DNA of 64,000 bases, from the NCBI GenBank assembly GCA_965217865.1, contig CBDCJO010000002.1:768001-832000 (forward strand), read 5' to 3'. Shown piece by piece: positions 43,318-53,813 of this stretch. The translations under genes and the position numbers were made by a program. The stretch is from Candidatus Latescibacterota bacterium. Its GTDB lineage: Bacteria > Latescibacterota > UBA2968 > SICM01. The notes under the pieces were generated by a model that worked only from the letters and a program-made list of their open reading frames with translations, ran no database searches and was not told the DNA's origin. Position 1 is the stretch's first letter. Each line of letters begins with the position of its first letter.

Positions 43318-44374
43318 ATATGATCCTCTCCCCGGAGCCATTCTCTGTTCGTCAGTCATAACTTCCGCGCCGATGTCCTGGCCCTGGAGCGGGAGAGGGA
43401 GGGTTGCTTGATGAAATCATCGGTGGCGGCGCGGGGTTGTGAACGCGCAGCAGTTCAAGATATGCGCCTGGGCATGGAACCCCGAACTCCAGTGGGGGCT
43501 CGGCTGTCGCCCCAATTTGCCGTCTGTCCGTGTGGGACAGTGGCGTGAGACAGTGGCGATCGCCTCCGACCTTTCAAGTCCTTCTCCGGGAAACAGATCG
43601 CCAGGTTTTGAGGGCGCAAGGTGGCTCATGGCGATTGAGGGATGACAACTTGTGGAATTTGATTCCGTTGGGAGATTTCTGGCGTGGGTCAGTGGCGAGC
43701 TCGAGACAGCGTTGAGGGCACAGATCCGGCCCGTGTGCGACTTTCTTTCTGAATCCGGGAAAAAGGGAGGGGGACGCGACCTCCACAAAACGGGCGGCAC
43801 GGCACAGACGGCACGTGGGCGCTTGTCGCCTCCAGACGACTATCTCCGCGGCTTCTATGACCTCTTGGCGATGATCCAGGCACCCTGCTTCATGCTCCAA
43901 TACACTCACAGCGCAGTTGTTTCCGTCTCGGACACTGAGATGCAATTACTTGAATGGCTCCACGAGAAGATCCGAAACGACTTCGAGCACTTCATGCCAA
44001 AGACCCTACGCGTATCCTCCAAGGCACCTTTATGTCGTCGATAAACCTTTCGACAGAGCTCTGCTATTTCCGAACTGCTCACGACGTGTTCGACAAGGCC
44101 GGCCGCGTCGGCCCCGGTCCTAGACACATCGTGCGTTGTCCTCGATCCGGCTGTTCTGAGAGCATCATATGAAGTTTACAAAGTCGAAGCGTTTTCGCTT
44201 CAACTCAGCCAAAAATGATTGGCCTTCGTCGTTCAGCGTTTTTTCGCGCCACACTTGATAGATCAGAAGCCAGAAGCGGTCCTGCTCTCGGATCTCCATA
44301 CCCTTCAGATTGTCCGTCCGTTTTCGTATCGCATCCCGAATACTCTTAATTCGGTGGTGTTTTGCGTACTCTAG

Positions 44375-46207
44375 TCCTAAAATAAGCGAATAGGCTTGTT
44401 GAGCGGTGTGTTATACAAGATTTCGGAGCATTTCAGACTTGTGACTTGGTGGAGATGATGTCTGGGCTGTTTTTGTGATTGTTTCGGCATGCGATTGTCT
44501 AATTAACTGAGTTTGCGGACGTGTTTTAGCCGGGGTGGACGGACTTGTCCCTGTGATGTTACGACGACAGGTGCTGACATGGCAGTCAGGCCGGTTTGAG
44601 CCATCTGATTCTGTTCCAGGCCGGGAAGAAGTCAGTCATCCACCGGTTGTAGCCCAAGACACGATAGATGATCTGTCTTCCCCGGGTCACGATCTGGCAG
44701 GGGATCCAGATCAGATTCTGGAGGAAGGCGCGAAACTCCATTCTCAGAAGTTGATCGCGACGCTCACGCTTTCGGATCATCAACGCGAACCAGGCTTTGA
44801 GGTTCCACGCCAGGGCGGTCATGACCATGTAAGCCCAGTTGCTCATCAGGTTGTCGACGGGCATCCGCATGGCGTTGACCCCGTTCTTGAGTTGTTCAAT
44901 CACGTTTTCCTGATCGCACCGTCGATTGGCCAGCCTCACGATTTCCGCGGCCGTAAGATCTTTTCGGGTGGTAATGTAGAAGAAATAGCGCTTGTCATCG
45001 AACAGGGCGTTTTCGCCGCGTTCGACGCTCAGGTTCTTTTCGAGGATCACGAGTCGACAGGTCTTCCTGCATCGAGCAGGACGATACGAAACCCCGGCAA
45101 CACGTTCACTGGCAAGTCGGATGTTTTTGAAGCCGCGCTCCCGGATGATCCGGGCTTTCACGTTCTCGCGTTTCTGTCTCTGGGAGGTCTTGACCTGGTA
45201 TTTGGGTTGTCGTTCAAAGGGCTCCCAATCGCTCTGTGACAGGGATTTGGCGATCTTGACCAATCCTCTGTAAGCATCCATGCCGAAGACGAAGTCGACC
45301 TTTTCCGACCAACGATCGAAGTGCCGGGTGAGTGAGAAGCCGGTGTCTCCGCGCAGGCAGATGCGTTTGGCGAAAGGGGCGACCAGCGCGATGGCGCGAT
45401 CGATCCACTTTACGGCACCGTCGTGGCTGGGCACATGGCCGGGTCGATTCACAAGAAACAACACCTCCCTGGTGTTCGCCAGAGAGACCACGAGAGGATG
45501 GTATCCCCAGATACCGTTGTATGACAGGGCCATGCCCTGCTTGCGTTCTCCGAGAGTGGTGGCCAGGGTGCCGTCGATGTCGATGAGGGCTTCTTTGAGT
45601 TCGCCCCTGGCGCGCTTTTTCCAGATCCGGGTGCGCACCCGGTTGATGCAATCCATCAACGTCTCGATATCCGATGGCCGGAAACGACGTGTAAAGTCGC
45701 CTGCTGTGGTCGGATCCGGGAGACGCTGAGCGCCCAAAGCGTTCAGGAACGTGGCATCCTGCCGGCGCAGCTCAATGTCTTCAAGGCGTTGACCACCAAC
45801 CAGCGCATTGTAGGCGATGTTCAGAACGTGGTCTGATTCGTGATAGGGCAAATGCACTTTCAAAAGATGAAGATGACGGTCAATCTCTTTCACCAGCCCA
45901 ACCCTGCGGACCAGGTGGTGAAACGCGCCGGTCCCCCCACACGTGATCGCCTCGGCCTTCCCACTCATCTCGTAGTGGATGTTTCCCCCAGACATCATAG
46001 GCTTGACCTGACTGCACCACTGCTTCCGACGCAAACGACGGACAATTCGTGCTTCCCTGTTCCGAAGAATCTTCCTGTATTCTCTCATCTGAAATGCCCC
46101 TTTTTGATGGCCTCTTTTTGTCTTTCATACTACAACTATAGGCCTGAAAACTGGGGCATTTCAACTTTTTTCTACTAAAACCAAGAAAAATTCACGCTTG
46201 TATAGGG
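44375..46207 (-). mobile_element. IS1380 family IS, copy 3 (intact transposase 44586-46088), perfect TCTAG duplication
   Basis: TCTAG at 44370-74 and 46208-12. Confidence 0.95.
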
Positions 46208-46212
46208 TCTAG

Positions 46213-46404
46213 TGTCGTGTCCCGGAAATTCCTTCAATAATTTCTCGGATAGCGGTCTGTAAACCCTGAACGGAGCGAAGGATCTCTATGTCCCGAACTA
46301 TCAGACAGTTGGTGCGTTCTTCGCTCGCTCGCTCTCGATCAAAATGACAGCCACCGCTACGTTTTTGGAGACTTTCTTTTGTAAGGAACTTCTGGGACAC
46401 GACA
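46213..46404. mobile_element. 192-bp MITE with 22-bp TIRs and CTAG target duplication, containing a REP-like pair
   Basis: TGTCGTGTCCCGGAAATTCCTT vs revcomp TGTCGTGTCCCAGAAGTTCCTT; CTAG at 46209-12 and 46405-08. Confidence 0.85.
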
Positions 46405-47748
46405 CTAGCAGCAACACCTCTGAGAGACAGTCATCAATTTTGATGACCTCTTGGAGCTTGTTCTCCGCCATATCGAACTGCAGGTCATATTTGAGCGAGT
46501 AAAACAAGGCATGGGCGATGGCATCCGAATAAACCCTCTTAATTCCAATCTCCAGGAGCTGTTCGATGAACTCAAGAATGACTTTCTCGATTCCATCATA
46601 GCGATGCTTGCAGAACACATGTTTGTCCAGTAATGGGGCAAGATATGGATATAGCAGCGCCAAGTTGACAGCCTGCTGAACGAAGAGACGCTTAGTTCGT
46701 CTATCAAGACGTGGAGGCACCATCTTGATGGCGTAGTTCAAAACGGCATGGGTCTCCGCTCCGTGCGTTAGCTTCAGTGCCAAGTCCAGGAGCGAGCGAA
46801 CCGTTCTGAAGCGAACGGTTTCGTCTTCTGCTGGCCATTGGAAGTTTTCCAACTCTCGAATCCAGTCTTTTTCGATTGGAAGTGGCATGGGCATGATTTC
46901 AGTCTTACTTCCGTTCAGAACAAGCTCGTATTTGCGCAACTGCATCCCGAGTTCACGGATGAAATCCTCAGCTTCGTTGTGAGTTTTCGCGTAAAAGGTG
47001 TAATCATCAATATAGCGTCTAAATCGCTTGTATCCCTTCTGGAGCATCTCATGGTCAATCCTGGTCAGTATTATCTCGGAGACGACGTTGGATGTGTGCG
47101 GCCCGATCAAGAGCCCATTGGTCTGTCCATCTCGGGTACCCTGAGTGGACTTGTCCACAAGATTTCCCTCCAACAAGAGCGAGTGTTTCTTTTTAGATTT
47201 TTGACGCCCATGCAGTGCCCATGGGATCGAGTGGGTGTAGATGCTGTGAAAGCAATTCGATATGTCAGTACGAGCGACATAATGTGCGCCGGTCCTTTTG
47301 CGAATGTCCGCTTCTTCGTTCTCGGAGTGTTCCTTTCCTTTGTAATTCATCTGAAAAACACGCCGACTTGACGTTTTTCGAACAAAGATACGGCTCACCG
47401 GTGTCTCCGGTTCCGCGCAGTGCTTTTTGATTTTCGCCCAATGCCGCTTCAGAGCCAGACACTGGACAATATAGCTTTCAGGATGGGGGACCCCCATCTG
47501 ACGAGGAAGGTTGGTGTGATATAACGATTCGTAGTGAATAAAATCGTGTTTTACCTTCTTAAGGAAATCAGCCAACCTGTTCGCGTCGTTTTCCGTTGTT
47601 AGCGATATAAGGTTTTTCGTTACATGGCCTGAAAGCCCTTCGGAGGTAAAGCATGGCGGAAGATTCTCACTGAATAAGCCATGGTCAACCAAGCCCATGA
47701 ATGCCTTGTCCGCTGAAAGGCCGAGCCCCGTTGTTTGTTGCTTTACCA

Positions 47749-48592
47749 TTACACTTTGCTACGCTCCTTCCACAGGCGGACCGTGAAGCGGTGCTCCTCC
47801 TCGATCAGGTCGGGTTCGGTGCCGTTATGCGCTCGCATTCCCGGAATAATCTTGTTCCTCACCCCCATGCCGCGAGCGTCGACATATCCGTAGTCGCGCA
47901 TGATATTGACGAGTGTCTGATTGCGCGCGTAACGCATGCCCAACTTCATTCCCTCGGGCGTCACCGTGTTGGGTAATCTGCCAGGGCTCTGGACCTCTAG
48001 ACGGTCAGAGTAGATGGCCAGCATGACGTCGGTCCCCGCAATGCTGTAGTCGCGGTGGGCGAGTGCGTTCACCACGGCTTCCCGAATCACACTTTCCGGG
48101 TATTCCCAGCCGTCGATCCTCCGAGCGCCTTCGAGACGGGCCATTGGCGTCGTGTTGCGACGGACGAGGTCCCATGCCTGCTCGACGAGGCCAGCTTCGA
48201 CCATGGATCCGTCCGCGGCTCTCAGCGGAACCATGGGGCCGTACAGGTTCTCATCGGCGCGGGTCGCGTAATCGGGTTGAGTGCCCGGAAAACAGACCGC
48301 GCGAATGCCCGTTTGCGGCATGTACCTGTTCGGCGCTCTTCCGAAGAGAAGCAGGCCATCGATAGTCGCGACGAGTTGCCTGCGGACACGGTCATCAATT
48401 CAACATTTCGCAATAACGTCTCCCAGCCGCCGAGATCGCCGGGACAGTCGCGTCGAAAACTTGGGTCAGGTAATCGCGCAGACGACGAGACTCGAAAGCG
48501 TCGAAGTTGGCGCATGGCACCGGCTTCAAGCCGTACCGCAAGCGGCCCGACGCTTGGTACATTCTCTCAAGTTCCTCCCGGCTCGCTTCCCT
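47749..48592 (-). pseudogene. RecG-C/HATPase_c_4-type ATP-binding protein remnant, translationally coupled (TAATG) to the RT
   Basis: YPESVIREAVVNALAHRDYS, DRLEVQSPG, ARN..GMG; upstream part frameshifted, N-terminus missing. Confidence 0.75.
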
Positions 48593-48769
48593 AGGCGGAA
48601 GCCCTCCAGGCGGTCGATGGCGAGCATGCGGGATCAGGGTTCGTCGAAGGAGAGCATCTCCCCGTACACGGCGCCCCAGGCGCCCACTGTGGCGTTTCAC
48701 GCGCGGGTCCGGAGGCCCATGGGCGGACAGACGCGCCTGTGTGGCCACGTCGGCGAGCGGGTCGGTAGG

Positions 48770-49200
48770 CGTGTAAGATAGAAGTGGACGTTTAGGTGTT
48801 TCGGCAACCAGCGGTCGATCTTGGGCTTGTGGGTGTTCAGGTTGTCCAGGATGACGTGAATTTCCTGATCCGGGTAGTCCGCGACGAGTTCGTTCATAAA
48901 GCTTAGAAACTGCCGTCGTCTGCGTCACTTGAAGTGACCGGTTTTGACCAGACCGGTCGCCACGTTCAGGGCGGTGAACAAAGTGGTCGTATCATTCGTT
49001 TATACTCGTGGTTGAAGCCCGTCAGCGCTTTGCCATTGGGCAGTTTGAGCCATCCCTGGGCGCGTTCCAGCGCCTGGATTGCGGGCTTCTCGTCTACGCA
49101 GACAACGACGGCGTCTCGGGCGGATCCAGATACAGGCCCACGATTGGCGGCGGCCTTTGGGACGAACTCGGGGTCCGTGCTGATACAAAAGCTCCGGCGT
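48770..49200 (-). pseudogene. IS630 family transposase fragment
   Basis: ISTDPEF, VCVDEKPAIQALER, HEYKR, IHVILDNLNTHK. Confidence 0.85.
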
Positions 49201-49678
49201 CTGGCCAGAGAGTCCAGAGCGCTGCACACTGCGGTCATGGCTCCTGGATAGTCGTTTTGGCCGTGCCGTTCGTAGGCAGTACGCAGCGACTGCCTGACTT
49301 CCTCGCCGAAATCATCGGATGCCTCCTCGACCTGAAACTCAGATGGTCGCAGTTGTCCATCCAGGACGGTCCAGCCAAACCGTTGTGTGCATTCCAATAC
49401 CTTGTCGCCGAGGTCTGGATTCATTTCCAAAAGGGCAGCGATGAGTTTCCGAATCGCCTCAGTGGGTTCGTTCGCCTTCTCGATCGGGTCGCCAACGGCA
49501 TCGAGTAGTTCGCCCTTGGAAGCTCCCCCCTCTCATGGATAGACCGCTGCTGCAGATGGGAAAGCTTCTCTACTGGGAGCCCGGACGTTGCGACAAGATC
49601 CTTGATCATCGCGAATGTACATCCGTCTTTCACTGTCGGGCGTAAACATCGCCATATCTTATGAAGATCTTCCTCCAT
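49200..49678 (-). pseudogene. Hypothetical cassette-like ORF, frameshifted and truncated by IS630
   Basis: RBS GGAGGAG + ATG directly after the attC-like site; reading continues in a second frame. Confidence 0.5.
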
Positions 49679-49688
49679 TCTCTCCTCC

Positions 49689-49748
49689 ACATACCGTTCA
49701 ACATCAGATGCGGCGCATAGCGCCGTCTGCTGCATGCTGTTGTTGGGC
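49689..49748 (-). other. attC-like site
   Basis: GCCCAAC-AACAGCATGCAGCAGACGGCGC..GCGCCGCATCTGATGTTGAAC-GGTATGT (R' degenerate). Confidence 0.65.
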
Positions 49749-49911
49749 GAACTGTGATTCACTCATTCAGCCAGCCGAAAGTCCAGAACACGTATCTCTG
49801 TTTCCGTCGTGAGATTCCGTACTTCCCCTGCTTCCCCACGTCCTCTTTGCCGCGAACGCTTGGCGAGATTGCCACCGATTGGGCCGCGTATCGGCGATAC
49901 AAAAAGATCGT

Positions 49912-50090
49912 TGCGGCAAGCGCTCTGATCTGGCGCACGCTGATGGTCGCTGAAAAACGCTTCCGACGACTCAACGCACCCCATCTGCTAAAGGATGTCT
50001 ACGCACAGCACCACCGCAAAAACAAGATCACTATCGACTCGGGGAAGAAGCTGGCCGCCTGACCTTTTTACACACCTCTTGACGAGAGCT
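49912..50090 (+). pseudogene. IS256 family 3' remnant with terminal repeat
   Basis: ALIWRTLMVAEKRFRRLNAPHLL; end TTTTACACACCTCTTGAC. Confidence 0.7.
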
Positions 50091-50256
50091 CGTCTTGTCC
50101 TCCGATGTGCGAGTCACGGTTGTTTTGCTTTACACTATCACCATGATCGCATGCTCGGAGGATTTTTGCTACCAGTTTCTTAAACCGATTTTGGACAGGT
50201 GTGATTAAATACGATTTCTTACCTCACCCGCGCCGGCTTTCCGAAGCAGTCCTCCA

Positions 50257-50553
50257 TCAGGCCCCCTCCAGGACGTTCTTCAGTTTTTCCTCAAGGCCGG
50301 ATAACTCTGACTTAAGGCCATCGATGCGGACCTTCAGAGATACCACACGCGGTACACCCCCCAAATCCTGAGATCCGGTTTTCATCCCTTCGTAAATCTC
50401 TTCACCCATCTCGGCGAATCTTGCCCGAAGGCGTCTTCGGGTTGCGAGGATCTCCACCCGAACCCTAAAGGCCCGAACCAACACGCCCGCCCGTTCTTTC
50501 GCGTTCCTGAAACGCGATCTGATGTGCTCTGTCATCTCGGGCTTTGTCAGCAT
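50257..50553 (-). CDS. Small coiled-coil hypothetical protein
   Basis: RBS GGAGGG, 98 codons, heptad pattern. Confidence 0.55.
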   Translation of the reverse strand: MLTKPEMTEHIRSRFRNAKERAGVLVRAFRVRVEILATRRRLRARFAEMGEEIYEGMKTGSQDLGGVPRVVSLKVRIDGLKSELSGLEEKLKNVLEGA

Positions 50554-50928
50554 ATCGATCCCCTCCTTTTCACAACTCGATTTTTCGATCAACCCCCCTT
50601 CCCAATCGCCCTGATCAGAATTTAGGTGGGCGAAGGATCCATTTAATATACACTGCTGTCCAAGATAAATCAGAATGGGCCTTTTTTGGACAAGTAAGTG
50701 ACTGTTTTTACACAATGCCCTCTGGCAGACTGAAATCCAGGTTGCACTGGCCAAAGATGCTGTCCAAAAGCTGGATGGTCCGAAAGATCGGGCCTTTCAT
50801 TGCACAACACATCCCGAAAAGCTGGGATTCAGGCGATTCGAAGAGGACCTGGTGGTTCGGGCACGGTCTTTGATCGCCTATCTGATCCAAATTCTGTCCA
50901 AAGAAAAAACCGATTTTGGACAAGTATG

Positions 50929-50956
50929 ATATGACATAATGGATATTAGGTCAATA
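50929..50956. other. dif-like (XerC/D) 28-bp site
   Basis: ATATGACATAA-TGGATA-TTAGGTCAATA, 11-6-11 layout. Confidence 0.4.
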
Positions 50957-51044
50957 GCGAAACGACGGCGGGTGGGAAAAGCTGGACTGATCTTGGAAAG
51001 CGGGGACGGGGGGACGATGTCCCGCCGGGTACGGAAGGGGGCTG

Positions 51045-51473
51045 CTACTTCTCCTGCCGGGCGACGAGTTGCGCCCACATCGCGCGCTGGTGGCTCCAGT
51101 GCGGGACACGAGTGATGGGACGGACGTCTTTCTCTCGGATGGGATCGCGTCCCATTAGTGTGTGAGGCAGGAAGAGCAACGCCTCCTGAATGTCGGGCGC
51201 GAGGTTGAGCAGGTTCATGATCTGCGTGATCCGGGCCCGCGTCACGTAGCCGAGGCGCGCCAGGTCCGCGTAGTCCCGCACTTCGCCGCGCCGGACCAGA
51301 CCGTCGAAACGGATGGCCAGAGCCATGAGCCTCGAGATGCGCGGCACGTTCCCCGGTTCGACGCTTGGGTCCGGGTGCTTGCCGTTGCTGCGGTCGTTGG
51401 CGGGCTGGAAGGTGAAGGAGACTTCCAGCGGACTCGGCCTCGTGGTCGCGGCGTCGTATGCGAGGTCTCTCAT
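51045..51473 (-). CDS. Small HTH-like protein of the type found downstream of DUF2924-LSR genes
   Basis: RLMALAIRFDGLVRRGEVRDYADLARLGYVTRARITQIMNLLNLAPDIQEALL; ATGA overlap. Confidence 0.75.
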   Translation of the reverse strand: MRDLAYDAATTRPSPLEVSFTFQPANDRSNGKHPDPSVEPGNVPRISRLMALAIRFDGLVRRGEVRDYADLARLGYVTRARITQIMNLLNLAPDIQEALLFLPHTLMGRDPIREKDVRPITRVPHWSHQRAMWAQLVARQEK

Positions 51474-51868
51474 GCCGTGTCCTCCGCGCCGGTGACGGCC
51501 GCCTCGGTGCAGAGGGCCTTGATGCCCAGGGAGCGAAAAGCCACGGTCACCGTGCCGTCACGCCCGTCGTAGCCGATCCGCTCAACCAGTACCCGGATGA
51601 TGCGCGACTGCTCACGGGGCGACAGCGACTCCCAGATCGGATCGAAGTGGGCCAGGGCCTGGGACAACTCGCCTTCGCCGACGGCCTCCCGTTCCAGCGC
51701 AATGACCTCCTCCCGAATGGCGGTTACGAGTTGTTCCGAACTGCGGATTCGATCCTGCAGGTCGGCTAGCTGATCGGTCGTGGACCGGCCGTTTCCGGGC
51801 TGGAACGTGAAGGACACTTCCAGGGGTCCGGGTCCGGCCCGGGTCGCATCGGATGCGCGACCGCTCAT
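51470..51868 (-). CDS. Chimeric ORF: N-terminus of the HTH protein fused to a second copy of the LSR C-terminus
   Basis: PLEVSFTFQP shared with the 51045 ORF; ALEREAV..FDP.W..L.PREQ..ER.GYDGRDGTVTV shared with the LSR. Confidence 0.7.
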   Translation of the reverse strand: MSGRASDATRAGPGPLEVSFTFQPGNGRSTTDQLADLQDRIRSSEQLVTAIREEVIALEREAVGEGELSQALAHFDPIWESLSPREQSRIIRVLVERIGYDGRDGTVTVAFRSLGIKALCTEAAVTGAEDTA

Positions 51869-53280
51869 CGCATGACCTCCTGGCCGTCGAGACCCGCCTT
51901 CCGGCACAGCGCCTCGATGCCGGGTGGGCGAAAGGTGACGGTCACCGTGCCGTCCCGTCCGTCGTAGCCGACCCGCTCGATGAGCAGCCGGAGTCTCCGG
52001 GCCTGCTCCCGCGGGGCCAGCGCCGTCCAGACCGGGTCGAAGACCTCCAGGGCCCGGGCCAGGTCGCTTTCATCCACGGCTTCCCGCTCAAGAGCGGGAG
52101 CCTCTTCCCGGAGAGCGGTCAGCCGCTGTTCCCGCGCTTTGGCCACCGTGGCCGCCACGGCCTGTTCGTTCATCCCGGTGCCGCGGACGTGCTCCACCAC
52201 CGCGGTTTCGATCTGGTGGGCGTTGAGGGACCTGCCCGGACACGACGACCGGCCCCGCTGCCGGGCATTCCGGCAGACGTAATACCGGTAGCGCTTTCCG
52301 TTCCTGCCGGTACAGACGTGCGCCATGCCCGTCCCGCACGGTGTGCAGGACAGCAACCCCTTGAGCAACGCTTCGTATTTGTTGCGCACCTCCCTGCCTC
52401 CGGTGCGGGCGTTCGTGCGGAGCGCGTCCTGGACCCGCTGCCACAGGCCGGCGTCAACCAGGGCGTCGTGTTCCCCCTCATAGAGGGCGCCCTTGTACCG
52501 GACCTTCCCCGCATAGATGACGTTGGTCAGCAGCCGGTGCAGGCTGTTCTTCGTGAAGGGCTTGCCGCCTCGCTCGATGCCTTTCCTGGTCGTCCAGCGT
52601 TTCGTGAGCCATCCCCGGCGGTCGATCTCCCGGACGACCGGGATCAAGGCCTTGTGGTCCAGGTAGAGGTGATGGATCGCCCGGACCCGCGCCGCTTCCT
52701 CCGCGTTGACGATCAGCCGCCCGCCCCCAGGGGCCACGTCATACCCCAGCACCGGCAGACCCCCGACCCACTTTCCCTTGCGCCGCGCCGCCGACATCTT
52801 GTCCCGGGTGCGCTCGGAGATGATCTCCCGCTCGAACTGGGCGAATGACAGCAGGATGTTCAAGGTGAGCCGCCCCATCGAGCTGGTCGTGTTGAACTGC
52901 TGCGTGACAGAGACGAAGCTCACCCCGTGCCGGTCGAACCGCTCCATGATGCGGGCGAAGTCCAGCAGCGACCGGCTCAGCCGGTCCACCTTGTAGACCA
53001 CCACGCAGTCGATCGCGCCGGCCTCGATGCCGGTCAGGAGCCGTTCGAGTGCGGGCCGCTCCATGTTCCCGCCGGTGAAGCCGCCGTCGTCGTAGCGTCC
53101 GGCAAGGCAGACCCAGCCCTCCTGTTGCCGGCTGGCGATGCAGGCCTCGGCCGATTCCCGTTGAGCGTCCAGGCTGTTGAAGGCCTGCTCGAGTCCCTCA
53201 TCGGTGGACTTGCGCGTGTAGATGGCGCAGCGGAGGGTCCCGGTTCCATTGGAGGACGATGCCGGGATGGTTCCGCTCAT
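51865..53280 (-). CDS. Large serine recombinase (resolvase + recombinase + zinc ribbon)
   Basis: YTRKST catalytic Ser, DDGGFTGGNMERPAL, VYKVDRLSR, FAQFERE, CTPC..YYVC..C. Confidence 0.95.
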   Translation of the reverse strand: MSGTIPASSSNGTGTLRCAIYTRKSTDEGLEQAFNSLDAQRESAEACIASRQQEGWVCLAGRYDDGGFTGGNMERPALERLLTGIEAGAIDCVVVYKVDRLSRSLLDFARIMERFDRHGVSFVSVTQQFNTTSSMGRLTLNILLSFAQFEREIISERTRDKMSAARRKGKWVGGLPVLGYDVAPGGGRLIVNAEEAARVRAIHHLYLDHKALIPVVREIDRRGWLTKRWTTRKGIERGGKPFTKNSLHRLLTNVIYAGKVRYKGALYEGEHDALVDAGLWQRVQDALRTNARTGGREVRNKYEALLKGLLSCTPCGTGMAHVCTGRNGKRYRYYVCRNARQRGRSSCPGRSLNAHQIETAVVEHVRGTGMNEQAVAATVAKAREQRLTALREEAPALEREAVDESDLARALEVFDPVWTALAPREQARRLRLLIERVGYDGRDGTVTVTFRPPGIEALCRKAGLDGQEVMR

Positions 53281-53813
53281 GCGTTCCCCTTTCCGGATCC
53301 ACGGCTGTGGTTCCGCCTCTTTCCCCGGGTAAGCCCGAAGAAGGCAAAGCCGTTCCATTGGCTGCCGGTGACCTGCCGGGCGATGGCGGAGAGAGACCGG
53401 TAGCGGCGTTCCTCGAACGCGAAGCCGTCATCGAGCACCTGCACCACCAGGTCGCGGCCCTGGAAGGTGCGTACCAGAAGCGTCCCCGGCAGGGGCAGCC
53501 GCCGGTCCCGCGAGGGCGACAGGCGACCGGCCGTCGTCCGCGCCTGCTCCGCCGCCGTGCCCGGCCTGCTCCGGTCCCGCGGGGCGCGCAGTCTCAGGTC
53601 CGCATCGTTGGCCAGTTCCCCGGCGCGCCGCCGGGCCCGCTCCGAGAGGCCGCCCTCGGCCAGGGCCTGCAGACGCCAGGAGATCCGCTTGCGCAGGAAC
53701 GCCTTGTGGTACGAGCGGGTTTCCTCCCCGAAGACCTCGAGGTACTTCTCCCGCAGTTCACCCACCGTCATCCGGGAGAGCCCCTGAATCTGTTGAACCG
53801 TGCCGGCTTCCAT
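53277..53813 (-). CDS. DUF2924 domain protein
   Basis: ELREKY.EVFG..FLRKRISWRLQ..EGGL, PGTLLVR.FQG, YRSLSAIARQVTGSQWNGFAFFGL; RBS GGAGG. Confidence 0.9.
   Translation of the reverse strand: MEAGTVQQIQGLSRMTVGELREKYLEVFGEETRSYHKAFLRKRISWRLQALAEGGLSERARRRAGELANDADLRLRAPRDRSRPGTAAEQARTTAGRLSPSRDRRLPLPGTLLVRTFQGRDLVVQVLDDGFAFEERRYRSLSAIARQVTGSQWNGFAFFGLTRGKRRNHSRGSGKGNA

Larger units (their letters stand above)
44165..47749 (-). pseudogene. Abi-like (AbiK/Abi-P2/class 1 DRT-type) reverse transcriptase, 516 aa when reconstructed, interrupted by MITE + IS1380
   Basis: PRQMGVPHP, DISNCFHSIYTHSIPWAL, GLLIGPHTSNVVSEIIL, RYIDD, LNGSKT, helical C-terminus; in-frame tail at 44165-44371. Confidence 0.88.

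Noticed and set aside
43318-43359. ATG 43359 as the start of the GGDEF gene
   Set aside because: It lies inside the element and omits the receiver beta1/alpha1 encoded at 54345-54442
43417-44127. Short overlapping ORFs, including a possible PD-(D/E)XK remnant (SEIAELCRKVYRRHK)
   Set aside because: Too fragmentary to assign without searches
40776-46207. Composite transposon formed by IS1380 copies 2 and 3
   Set aside because: Copy 3 has its own perfect TCTAG duplication inside the RT gene, so it inserted independently
46301-46404. C-terminal tail of the 482-aa RT ORF (VSCPRSS...)
   Set aside because: Read-through into the MITE; the real tail is at 44165-44371
27718-47749. Diversity-generating retroelement (RT plus paralogous variable genes)
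   Set aside because: RT motifs are Abi-like, no avd or TR/VR pair is visible, and paralogue differences include indels and do not look adenine-specific
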